From assembly GCA_002269645.1 (NCBI GenBank), contig NIVC01000928.1, forward strand, positions 251,424 to 315,423: DNA of 64,000 nt, read 5' to 3'. This document shows, one piece after another, positions 11,501-22,100 of the stretch (position 1 is its first letter; each line of letters begins with the position of its first letter). This DNA comes from Macrostomum lignano. Lineage: Eukaryota. Under the pieces are notes generated by a model. The model saw nothing but the letters and a program-made list of their open reading frames with translations, was not told the DNA's origin and ran no database searches. Position numbers and translations under genes: made by a program.

Positions 11501-14500
11501 CGCAGATCCAGATAACTGCTTCTTGTGCAAACCTCAACAGACCCCAGCAGACCACAGCAGACCCCAGAAGACACCAGCAGACCCCAGCAGATATCAGCAG
11601 ACCCCAGCAGACATCAGCAGACCCCAACAGACCCCAATAGACCCAATAGCCCCCAGCAGACCCCAGCAGACCCTAAAAGACTCCAGCAGATCCTAGCAGA
11701 CCCCAGCAGACCCCAACAGACCCCAACAGACCCCAGCAAACCTCAGCAGACCCAACAGACCCCAAAATACTCCAGTAGACCCCAGCAGACCCTAAAAGAC
11801 TCCAGCAGATCCTAGCAGACCCCAACAGACCCCAACAGACCCCAACAGACCCCAGCAAACCTCAGCAGACCCAACAGACCCCAAAATACTCCAGTAGACC
11901 CCAGCAGACCCCAGCAGACCCCAGCAGACCCCAACAGACCCCAACAGACCCCAGAAGACCCCAACAGACCCCAGCCAGACCCCAACAGACCCCAGCAGGC
12001 CTTAGCAGACCCAAACAGACCCCAGCAGGCTTTAGCAGACCCAAACAGACCCAGCAGACCCCAACAGACCCCAACAGACCCCAACAGACCCCAGCAGACC
12101 CCAACAGACCCCAGCAGGCCTTAGCAGACCCAAACGGACCCCAGCAGGCTTTAGCAGACCCAAACAGACCCAGCAGACCCCAACAGACCCCAACAGACCC
12201 CAACAGACCCCAGCAGACCCCAGCAGACCCAGCAGGCCTTAGCAGACCCAAACAGACTCCAACAGACCCCAGCAGACCCCAGCAGACCCCAACAGACCCC
12301 AGCAGACCCCAGCAGACCCCAGCCAGCAGACCTCAGCAGACCCAGCAGACCTCAGCAGACCCAACAGACCCCAGCAGACCCCAAACAGACTCCAGCAGAC
12401 CCCAAACAGACCCCAGCAGACCCCAGCAGACCCCAAACAGACCCCAGCAGACCCCAGCAGACCCCAACAGACCCCAGCAGACCCCAGCCAGCAGACCCCA
12501 GCAGACCCAGCGGGTCTGTGAAATTTGCTAGCAGGAAATCTGCTAGCCGAAGTTTGCTAGCGAGAAATTTGCTTGCCGAAATCTGCTAGCCGAAGTTTGC
12601 TAGCCGAAATGTGCTAGCCGAAATCTGCTAGCCGAAATGTGCTAGCCGAAATCTGCTAGCCGAAATCTGCTAGCTGAAGTTTGCCAGCCGAAATCTGCTA
12701 GCCGAAATCTGCTAGCGGAAATCTGCTAGCCGAAGTTTGCTAGCAGGAATTTTGCTAGCGATAATCTAACCAAAACCGGCGAACAGCAATTTACGAAGTT
12801 GTAATTTGCTAGAGATATTTTTTCTTGTCCAATTTCGCAAGAAACTTTGCAGGACTTATCATGCAGGACAAATAAATTTGCGTTTTTCGCTCTAATGACT
12901 CTCTTTGTCGTGCTTATTAGCAGTGATCTGCAAATTGCAATATATAATAATAATTGCAGCCTGCATTGTTGTATCGTAATATAATGCAATTAGAAATTAC
13001 TAAATCAGAAATTTCTTTGTAGCTAGCACTCGTACGACAAGAATCTGAATGTAATTTGTATACAAAATGTGCTTGTTAATTTTATTCTTCAAGTTTGTTG
13101 GCTCTGTTGTTTTGTTTGCCCGCTCTCGGTAGTCAGAGTAAATTAAGAAGGCAATCTGTTGTGGGGACGACTTAATCTGGACGACTTAATCTGGACGACT
13201 TAATCTGGACGGCTTAATCTGCCACCTAGCCTTCGCCGTGGGTTCTCGTACATGTACGTGTTAAAACGCAATCAGTAGATGACGTCATAGACAAAAAGAA
13301 AATAAGATTTAGGTTTTAACGTAGGTGGGTTGAAAAGTTCATATACAAGCTATTGAATAAAGAAAATATATAACATCCATGATCACAGGGTAAGAGCTTG
13401 TGGGCCACACCTGCATAGAGTTTTTGCTTGTACACAGTGCCGTAAGCGATGGAAAATATCTATACATTAACAATACATATAGCTATAGTAAATTGTACCT
13501 TGGACATACATGTATCTAGCTATAGATACTGTACACCAACATGTGTGTTACTGTATGCTAAAGTACTGTATATGCAAAACTGCACTTGGAAATCGTCAAA
13601 ATCATTTATAATTTTTTGTCCTTTTTTACTTGTAGACATTTGATAATGTTTTAGCATTATCAGCTGTAAGGCCGTAGTTCAGGTAGCTCAGGCAGCTGTA
13701 GTTCAGGTAGTTAATTTTAAACTTATCTATACACACAACTTTCAGTCTTAATGGCTGGTAGTGGCAGTATATGCATGGTATATAAGTTATATATTTACTC
13801 GTACGAATCAAAGTAGCTCAAATCGGAATCAAAACACAGCAAATAACATGCAACAGCTACGAGAGCAAGGCAGCTAGCAAAATCCTTGCTAGCAAAATTC
13901 CTGCTAGCAGATTTCGGTTAGCAAAATCCTCGCTAGCAAAATTCCTGCTAGCAAACTTCGGCTAGCAGATTTCGGCTAGCAAACTTCGGCTAGCAGATTT
14001 CGGCAAGCAAATTTCTCGCTAGCAAACTTCGGCTAGCAGATTTCCTGCTAGCAAATCTCGTACTCCCGACCCAGCAGACCTCAGCAGACCCAACAGACCC
14101 CAGCAGACCCCAAACAGACCCCAGCAGACCCCAGCCAGCAGACCCCAGCAGACCCAGCAGACCTCAGCAGACCCAACAGACCCCAGCAGACCCCAAACAG
14201 ACCCCAGCAGACCCCAGCCAGCAGACCCCAGCAGACCCCAGCCAGCAGACCCCAGCAGACCCAGCAGACCTCAGCAGACCCAACAGACCCCAGCAGACCC
14301 CAAACAGACCCCAGCAGACCCCAGCCAGCAGACCCCAGCAGACCCAGCAGACCTCAGCAGACCCAACAGACCCCAGCAGACCCCAGCCAGCAGACCCCAG
14401 CAGACCCAGCAGACCTCAGCAGACCCAACAGACCCCAGCAGACCCCAAACAGACCCCAGCAGACCCCAAACAGACCCCAGCAGACCCCAGCCAGCAGACC

Positions 14501-14775
14501 CCAGCAGACCCAGCAGACCCCAGCAGACCCCAAACAGACCCCAGCAGACCCCAGCCAGCAGACCCCAGCAGACCCAGCAGACCTCAGCAGACCCAACAGA
14601 CCCCAAACAGACCCTAGCAGACCCCAGCAGATCCCAGCCAGCAGACCCCCAGCTCACCATCCTGATCGTAGTGACTCCACACCTCTGCAAACTGAGTGGC
14701 GGTGAAGTTCTTCAGCTTCTTGGTGCCCTGGTCCCGGAACTGACTGAGGAAGTTCTTCTGCTTGCCGTGGCTCAT
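2454..14775 (-). CDS. Cbp53E: Calbindin-32/calretinin-family EF-hand protein (Drosophila Cbp53E-like), coding exons 1-6; 3' end lies outside the window
   Basis: Six phase-consistent exons join to MSHGKQKNFLSQFRDQGTKKLKNFTATQFAEVWSHYDQDGNGFIEGAELDEFLHEF...[92 protein letters not shown]. This shows EF-hand loops and motifs ([25 protein letters not shown]) that I recognise from Cbp53E/calretinin. Confidence 0.93.
2580..3990. repeat. 42-bp minisatellite (GAGTGGAATGGATTGCTAATCTAGCCAATGTTAAAGATTACA), ~33 copies
   Basis: Directly visible; fills most of calbindin intron 5. Confidence 0.97.
4099..4155 (-). CDS. Cbp53E: Calbindin-like exon 5 ([19 protein letters not shown])
   Basis: AG/GT bounded, 57 bp, canonical EF-hand loop. 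Confidence 0.93.
4530..4975. repeat. 50-bp G-rich minisatellite
   Basis: aggggccgtg recurs at 4621, 4671 and 4721. Confidence 0.95.
5560..6003. repeat. GA-rich 10-bp repeat (AGAGAGGGGA)n
   Basis: Directly visible polypurine tract. Confidence 0.95.
6706..7187. repeat. 20/21-bp minisatellite (CAAGCATAACACCTCGAACACC)
   Basis: Tandem array abutting the exon 4 donor at 7191. Confidence 0.95.
7192..7278 (-). CDS. Cbp53E: Calbindin-like exon 4 ([29 protein letters not shown])
   Basis: AG/GT bounded, 87 bp, family linker motif. Confidence 0.93.
7370..7459 (-). CDS. Cbp53E: Calbindin-like exon 3 ([30 protein letters not shown])
   Basis: AG/GT bounded, 90 bp, EF-hand loop [12 protein letters not shown]. 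Confidence 0.93.
7631..8002. repeat. 78-bp tandem repeat with internal palindrome AACCCCGGGGTT
   Basis: gccatagac recurs at 7741, 7819, 7897 and 7975. Confidence 0.93.
8125..8210 (-). CDS. Cbp53E: Calbindin-like exon 2 (GNGFIEGAELDEFLHEFISSVVSEDAGNE)
   Basis: AG/GT bounded, 86 bp; completes the phase-1 Gly of EF-hand 1. Confidence 0.93.
9075..9635. repeat. (ATTAG)n / (GATCA)n pentamer microsatellite
   Basis: Directly visible. Confidence 0.95.
10081..10340. repeat. CT-rich low-complexity tract
   Basis: Polypyrimidine tract flanking SINE copy 1. Confidence 0.9.
10345..10715 (-). mobile_element. tRNA-derived SINE, copy 1 (~370 bp)
   Basis: Near-identical reverse complement of 39460-39821. 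Has a tRNA head (A-box variant TAGCCCAGCGG, B-box GGCTCGATTCC), an A-rich tail and an imperfect flanking duplication AGAGACG(A/G)GGA. Confidence 0.88.
11540..12511. repeat. CAGACCC(C)AG/AA 9-10-bp satellite, left block
   Basis: Tandem array interrupted by the element at 12512. Confidence 0.95.
12512..14067. mobile_element. Non-autonomous foldback-type DNA transposon (1556 bp); TIRs built of 14-bp GCTAGC-containing repeats; 8-bp TSD GACCCAGC
   Basis: Both ends begin GGG and then match for ~95 bp as inverted repeats, including a diagnostic GCTTGCC unit. GACCCAGC is at 12504-12511 and 14068-14075. No transposase ORF inside. Confidence 0.85.
14068..14650. repeat. CAGACCC(C)AG satellite, right block
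   Basis: Continues the 11540-12511 array; abuts the calbindin exon 1 donor. Confidence 0.95.
14658..14775 (-). CDS. Cbp53E: Calbindin-like exon 1 (MSHGKQKNF...WSHYDQD-G)
   Basis: ATG lies 1 nt after a ttttacag acceptor; ends at a gtgag donor in phase 1. Confidence 0.9.
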
Positions 14776-15270
14776 GCTGTAAAATTTGTCTGGGGTTGCT
14801 CTAAGAGAAAGAATTCGCTACAAGTGGAGCGGCAAAGGTTGCGGACACTCTCGAACTGCTGTTCAAACAAATCCTAGTGATTGGGATATTCGGGATCCGT
14901 GTTGCAGAGCTGGGACTGAAAGCAGAGAGCCAAGCAGCCGCCAGCTCCCTGGCATATCACCCCCTGCTCACGCCCTCCCCCATCCTCCGCGCCTCAGCCA
15001 CACTCTGCAGTGCATTGGGGAGCGCCGCCCTGATCCAATCAGGTGTGGCAGAAAGTTGCTGCTAGCGGATCAGAGCAGGGTGCGCAGTTCATTATTTGGT
15101 CAGGAATGCACAGCTGACCCCAACAGAGCTCAAAATGCGTTTGAGTCTGCCTTCATCTGGGGTTGCTGGGAATTTGTATTGACTCTGGTGATTGCAGTGA
15201 ATATTGGATAATTGAATATTCCGACTAACGGAATGTACTCTCGTAGATGTATATCGTGTAGGCTGGCTTT

Positions 15271-16025
15271 GCTGTACGAGTCTGTATTAGTCTGTACGAG
15301 AGACTGTAATGATGCTGTATTAGTCTGTACGAGAGACTGTAATGATGCTGTATTAGTCTGTACGAGAGACTGTAATGATGCTGTATTAGTCTGTACGAGA
15401 GACTGTAATGATGCTGTATTAGTCTGTACGAGAGACTGTAATGATGCTGTATTAGTCTGTACGAGAGACTGTAATGATGCTGTATTAGTCTGTACGAGAG
15501 ACTGTAATGACGCTGTATTAGTTTGTACGAGAGACTGTAATGATGCTGTATTAGTCTGTACGAGAGACTGTAATGATGCTGTATTAGTCTGTACGAGAGA
15601 CTGTAATGATGCTGTATTAGTCTGTACGAGAGACTGTAATGATGCTGTATTAGTCTGTACAAGAGTATGTAATGATGCTGTATTAGTCTGTACGAGAGAC
15701 TGTAATGATGCTGTATTAGTCTGTACGAGAGACTGTAATGATGCTGTATTACGATAGTCTGTAATGATGCTGTATTAGTCTGTTCGAGAGTCTGTAATGA
15801 TGCTGTATTAGTCTGTACGAGAGTCTGTAATGATGCTATATTAGTCTGTACGAGAGTCTGTAATGATGCTGTATTAGTCTGCACGAGAGTCTGTAATGAT
15901 GCTATATTAGTCTGTACGAGAGTCTGTAATGATGCTATATTAGTCTGCACGAGAGTCTGTAATGATGCTATATTAGTCTACAAGATAGTCTGTAATGATG
16001 CTGTATTCGTCTGTACGAGAGTCTG
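15271..16025. repeat. 33-bp minisatellite (GATGCTGTATTAGTCTGTACGAGAGACTGTAAT)
   Basis: Tandem array between the WSC gene and the calbindin start. Confidence 0.96.
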
Positions 16026-16449
16026 TTTGAGTTTATATGAGACTGTGTGGGTCTGTATGAATCTAAGCTAGAGTCTGTGCGAGTCTGTGTGAGCCTTGTG
16101 ATCTGTAATAGAGTATTTGAGAGCCTGCAATACGAAAGACATGCACTTAATCATGATAAACAACATTAAATATTGAATTATGATTTCTTAGGACCCATTA
16201 GAGTACCGTGCCAATTACAAACAAATAGCGCCTACCTGACGAAAATTGTGAAATTGAAGATGTTCGTCTAAAAGAAGATTTAAACAAAAATGGGCAGAAA
16301 AATAGGAGAGGACATTTGTTGAGAGCATTGCGGCTCTCGCGGCTCTTCCCACGAGGCGAACAAACAAATCACTGACTATAATGAATAGCTGAGTTCTTGA
16401 GAGCGCGCGGACTTCAATAATACAGACTTAATCCTTTTTGTTTCAAGCG

Positions 16450-16455
16450 TTTATT
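16450..16455 (-). terminator. Candidate polyadenylation signal AATAAA for the WSC gene
   Basis: tttatt on +, ~130 nt past the stop codon. Confidence 0.45.
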
Positions 16456-16583
16456 CTCGAATGTCTGGAGTGAAAAAATAAACCTGTAAAAACAGTCTCA
16501 GTTATACTACTATAGAAATGTGCAGTAGTAGTTTAGTTCGAATGAAAGTGCCTAATATTGTTGAAAGAAAGTATCGATAAAGT

Positions 16584-17751
16584 CTAAGTGATTTTGTAGA
16601 CATTGTTGTGCATCGGGCCGCCGCACGTGATCTCTGGCTGACCGTTGCACGGCAGTGAGCAATCGGAGTTCGGCAGCTTCTCACCGTGATTGCCGTGGCT
16701 CTGGCCGCACCAGCAGGCGTTGCCGCCCTGCAGGCCAAGAAATTTGGTGTCCCAGGCTACGCAGGTTTTCAAACAGGCTGCCAGAGTCATCTCGGTGCTG
16801 CGCTTTCCCATGATCGGCAGGTCGCGGGCGTGGGGCCGGTCCGGATAGCAACCGACCAGCTCGGTGTTGTGGGTCTTGACCTTTTTGAAGAACTTCTTGA
16901 TTCCTGTAAGAGGGAGTTTATACACCTTTTAACGGTCTTTTGAGGGTGTTTGACTGGGGTTGGCGGAGTGGGGTGGGGTGCCGGAGTTTATGAGGGTGTT
17001 TGACTGGGGTTGGCGGAGTGGGGTGGGGTGCCGGAGTTTATGAGGGTGTTTGACTGGGGTTGGCGGAGTGGGGTGGGGTGCCGGAGTTTATGAGGGTGTT
17101 TGACTGGGGTTGGCGGAGTGGGGTGGGGTGCCGGAGTTTATGAGGGTGTTTGACTGGGGTTGGCGGAGTGGGGTGGGGGTGCCGGAGTTTATGAGGATGT
17201 CTGACAGGGATTGGCGGATGGGGTGGGGGTGCCGGAGTTTATGAGGGTGTCTGACTGGGATTGGCAGAGTGGGGTGGGGTGTATGAGCTAGGGTGTTTTA
17301 CTGGGATTGGTGGAGTGGGATGGTGTATGAGCTAGGGTGTTTTACTGGGATTGGCGGAGTGGGGTGGGGTGCATGAGCTAGGGTGTTTTACTTTGGATTG
17401 GCGGAGTGGGGTGGGGTGTATGAGCTAGGGTGTTTTACTTGGATTGGCGGAGTGGGGTGGGGTGTATGAGCTAGGGTGTTTTACTACTGAGATTGGCGGA
17501 GTGGGTTGGGTGCCGGATTTTTTAGGGTGTTTGTTTGATGTTTGGCGGAAGGGAGCCACAGTTCTTGAGTCATTGATCCTTTTTCAAACTCACGAGCTAA
17601 ATGTACATGTATAGCTACTTAATAATCACAGCGCAGCTTCGTAAAACTTACTTTTAGGGCAGCAATCGACGTTAGTGATTAGCTGGCAGAACACTGCACA
17701 GAGCAAGCAAATCTTGGCGAATGTTTTCAATGAACCTAATTGCGATCGCAT
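16584..17751 (-). CDS. Secreted single WSC-domain protein, 139 aa, two exons (17652-17751 and 16584-16903)
   Basis: Exon 1 MRSQLGSLKTFAKICLLCAVFCQLITNVDCCPK is signal-peptide-like and ends at a phase-1 gtaag donor. Exon 2 completes the Arg codon and encodes GCYPD..RDLP..MT..CLKTC..LGLQGGNACWCG..CSLPCNG..TCGG..NVY, the canonical 8-Cys WSC pattern. Confidence 0.9.
16941..17520. repeat. 50-bp G-tract minisatellite in the WSC intron
   Basis: tgagggtgtt at 16941, 16991 and 17041; degenerates rightwards. Confidence 0.93.
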
Positions 17752-18301
17752 TTTGATTGCCGCAAATTTTATCCGCAAGTGACAGTAGGTGCAGCGATGT
17801 ACATCATTTACAAAGAAGGTATACCTACTATAGAAAGTGCAAGTAAGCTCTAATAGCTGGCAAGTTTCTATTTTGTGTATCAAACCACAAATTAAATAAA
17901 AAATCGTCTATGGCGTAATCAACTTTGGTTTCAATTGAACAAGTGAATACATACCGAATAAAAAACTCTGATTCGAGCTATTTTATCTACCTCAAGTAGA
18001 CAGTTCAGGTTCATCGGATATAATTTTTTCAAATAACTTTTCAAGTCGTAACAAAAAAATTCAGATTGTGGTTAACCAAAATATGATCTCCAGCAATGCT
18101 GCCGTTATGCAAAACGAAAAACCCACTGCAGAAAATGTTACGCAACTTTATTCTGTGTATTTTGCTGTTCTCAGATCAAGCGCAATAACTGGAATAAAAA
18201 ATAGACGAACACAATTATCTATAGGGGCTTCCAGCTACAACAGGTTGGGAAATTCGGTGCAAGCGATCGAACTGCGCTACTTACAGTAGTTTTGTGAGGT
18301 G

Positions 18302-18307
18302 TTTATT
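18302..18307 (-). terminator. Candidate polyadenylation signal AATAAA for the nesprin gene
   Basis: tttatt on +, ~620 nt past the KASH stop codon. Confidence 0.35.
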
Positions 18308-18930
18308 GTTTAAATTCCTAATAGAATAAATAACACAAATAACGGAAACACTGCAGCAGCAAAGAGAAAACTGAGGCTAAAGATGAGCCGAATGATTTTA
18401 CAGAGGCGTGGCAGACACAAAAATGAATGAGAAATTCACGCGGTACACAAATTTACCAGAAATTTGCTGTACATAAATACACACTTTGAAGTACTGTTCT
18501 ATATTCTTACTGTTACTTCTGTACACGTACATGCTATGCTAATTATAACTCACGCTAAAGTACATGGAAAAATATAAAATTTATGCACATGAATTCTCAT
18601 TTTTAGCAGTGTCTTAGAAATGGAATTTCAAGGTAAATATGGATAGATTTTGTCGATTGGAAATGGATTGAAATTTAACAAGCGCAAACAGATGATATTA
18701 AAGGGCAATAATATAATAAGTACTTTTGGCCGCTAATAATTTCCACTGAAGGCTGCTCATGTTTTGCTAGTTTCAGATTCTTCTGCTTATTTCATACTTA
18801 GGAATATTTCAAAACTTGACTATATTAATATTTACGCGACATGCAAAGTGCTTTGTCTCTTGCAAAAAAGTGCATCGAGTCCTTATTTGAATTGTAACAG
18901 ATGCGGACGGACAGATAGACTGTGACCTGT

Positions 18931-19138
18931 TCAATACGGCAGGCCCTGCGATTTAACGCTGAACATGTTGGGCCACTCGGAGCAGTCGGTCTCGCAGCCG
19001 GGCTTCAATAAATAGCCAATGCCGCACAGCAGGAGGAAGAATGCCTCAATAGGGAGGCTGAGCAGCATGCCGCGGTACAGGGTGTTCAGTAGGCTGCCAC
19101 GACGGCGACCGACTCCGCTAGAGGAAGCGACCCGCAAT
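18931..19138 (-). CDS. SYNE1: Nesprin terminal exon: transmembrane helix plus divergent KASH peptide (...LPIEAFFLLLCGIGYLLKPGCETDCSEWPNMFSVKSQGLPY*)
   Basis: ccgcag acceptor, phase 2 matching the preceding exon; basic patch, LP-x-x-hydrophobic TM, Cys-containing luminal tail and stop. Confidence 0.85.
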
Positions 19139-22100
19139 CTGCGGATAGAACGATAGACAAAACAATGTACAATATAATCTAGTAAGGTTATAAAGCTGAT
19201 AGTTTGACTGTGACTTTTTTAGTTAGTTGGGCCTGAAAAAGGCTGGGGGAGTTTTATGGGTTTAATTTGGGGTGGTGGGGCTGTTAAGTGTGCGCTAGAG
19301 GGAGTTTTATGGCTTTAACTTGGGGTGGTGGGTCTGTTAAGTGTGCGCTAGAGGGAGTTTTATGGGTTTAATTTGGGGTGGTGGGGCTGTTAAGTGTGCG
19401 CTAGAGGGAGTTTTATGGCTTTAGTTTGGGGTGGTGGGTCTGTTAAGTGTGCGCTAGAGGGAGTTTTATGGCTTTAACTTGGGGTGGTGGGTCTGTTAAG
19501 TGTGCGCTAGAGGGAGTTTTATGGCTTTAATTTGGGGTGGTGGGTCTGGTAAGTTAAATAAATTTGCTAGAATCGAAATATTTAAGTCTAATAGACGTAG
19601 ACAGGACAATGGGTGCTCACTAACTAGTAAAGTTCAGTGTGCCACAGTAAATTCAAGCCACAAATAGAATTAGCTGGCATTTTTTCGATGGATAGACGAT
19701 TATGATTAATTAGCAAGACAAAGGTGGATGTTAATTTAAATTCGCGCGAAAATCATACTTAGCAGCGGCAGCGGCGGCGGCGGCAGCAGTGGCAGCTGCG
19801 TAGCCTGGTTCGTCGTCATAATAATCAGCATCAGCATCTTCTACACGCGGAACAGAGGCGACAGCGTCAACAGAATCAAGCCGCTACAAAAGTAGAAAAG
19901 AAAGCATAAACAAAATAGAGAAATAGCTAGGAAACAAAATCAATAAAAGACTGGATTTGGTGCGCACAGTGCAGTAGGTGACACATCAATAGCAGTGGGG
20001 AATTTCAAATAAAGCTACAGAGCAAATTAATCGAAGAACTTACTAAGTCTACAGACTAATTATAATCGTGCGCGCTTTAAGCTCGAGTATTTATAACTCG
20101 GATCAAGTGTCAAGGTAATAGATAAAAAAAACAGATAGACAACAGGAATCTATTTTCGTAGCTACTCGAGATAAGTAGTAGCATTCTAAACGTTTCCAAT
20201 TGATTTTTTCATTGTTTCAGTAAAATATTAGCATTTAACTACTTAGCTAGTAGGGCAGTAACGAGTTTTACTCATATTTTTCTCTAAACTGTACAGAAAT
20301 GACGCAACTCACCTCGTACGACGATTCTCTAAGCGCCAGCTCTCGCTTCACCGCCCTCAACCGGCGGAGCGCATCAGCCAGCTCAGCTTCCAGCCTGGTC
20401 AGCTGACCGGCCACCTTGGCCATTTCTGGGCTGCCCGCCGCCGGCGCTGCTACAGAATCTCCGGCCGCAGCGCCATGATCAAAACTGTTGGCTGCCAGCA
20501 CCACGGCGGCGTAGCCGGCCCACTTTCGGACCAGCTCGGCCGCTTTGGCCACCCGAGCCTCGGCAGCCGCGGCCCCGGTGGCCTTGGCCGCCAGCTGGGC
20601 CGCCGTGTCCGACAGTCGCGGCCGGTTCTCCAGCGCCAGCTGCCGCGCCTCGGCCACGCCGCGCGAGATCTCGGCGAGGCGGTCGGACAGTTGGGCGCAG
20701 CCGGCGAACGACGACTGCAGCCGGCGATGCCGACGGCGCGCCTCGGCGTAGGCCTGGCGCCACAGCGACAAACAGTCGGCGATGCGGCCGCGCTGGCGCT
20801 CGGACAGGTCCGGCCGGCGGAGGCAGAGCTGCAGCGACATCGCGGCCGATTTGTGCCGCTCAAGCCGGTCAACGAGCTCTTTGAGTCGGCGAGCGGAGGC
20901 TTCGACATTGGCGAGGTCGCCGTCTTCTGCTGTGGATGACGGCACTGTCGGCTGCTGCTGAAGCTCGCGCAGGGTGGCCGCCAGCCACTCGGACATCCGC
21001 TCGGCCTCGTGCTCCAGGCTGGCCGCCGAGCCGCTGCGGGCCGCCAGCTGAGCATCGCGTTGCGTCGCTTCGGCCAGTAGGCGTCTCCAGCGCGCTATCA
21101 CGCGACCGGCGCGCGATTCCTCGTCGACGCCGTTTGTGGCGCCAGAATCGGCACCGGCCAAGCCTTCGGCGCTGGCCACTTCTCTTAATCGCCGTTCGAG
21201 CTCGCGAATCCGATCGATTTTCGAGCGGCAGGCGGTGAATAGGCGAGTCTGGGGGAATAGTTGGAAGAAGACAATCGATAGATAAGTTAGTTGCCGAATT
21301 GCACTACTGCCATGAGTAGGCAAGTAAAGCGAATCAATGTCGAAATTTGAAAAATTACATCGAAAAAAGTCGATTATTGGTGGGAAAATTTGCAAGCTCG
21401 GGTTGTGAATAAATGATGACAGCTCAGGTAGGAAATCAGATAGAACCGTGACAGATGCTTGCAGCAGATTTACATGAAGGCGCTTGTCACAAATTTTTAA
21501 TCGCTAGCATAGTAAGATAAGTAGTATATTCAGTGAAAGAATGTGCACATCTTAAAATACAGAGGTGGATCAAAGCTGCGCTTGTGCTCATTCTGGGCAC
21601 GAAGGTGCTCAAAAGGGCTTTATAACACAATGTGAATGGTGGGGTGGCGATTGGGCGAACCTGAACGGAAAAGTGCGACCGAACTGGAGACCGACTGGCA
21701 CTTCGACGATGCGGAGGAGGGCAGCGAAGAGTCTGCGTGCGGGCGGCCGAGTGAAAATTGTTATATCGAATAGTATTAACAAAGGCTCTATTTTATTCGA
21801 AATTGAGTAGTCTCAGTGAAAAAAAAATTGAACTAAAATTAAAAATAAATGCTGCGTGGATAAGTACTAAAATATGGGTATGATAAAACGAAAGTCAACT
21901 ACAAGAGCGGTATAAAAGTGAAAGTATATAAGTATTATAAAAGTACACGAGCACTCAAGAAGTACGCGAGTACTATAAAAGTACACGAGTACTATAAAAG
22001 TACACGAGTACTATAAAAGTACACGAGCACTAAAGAAGTACGCAAGTACTGAATAAGTACAAGAGTACTATAAAATTACGCGAGTACTAAGATTATATTC

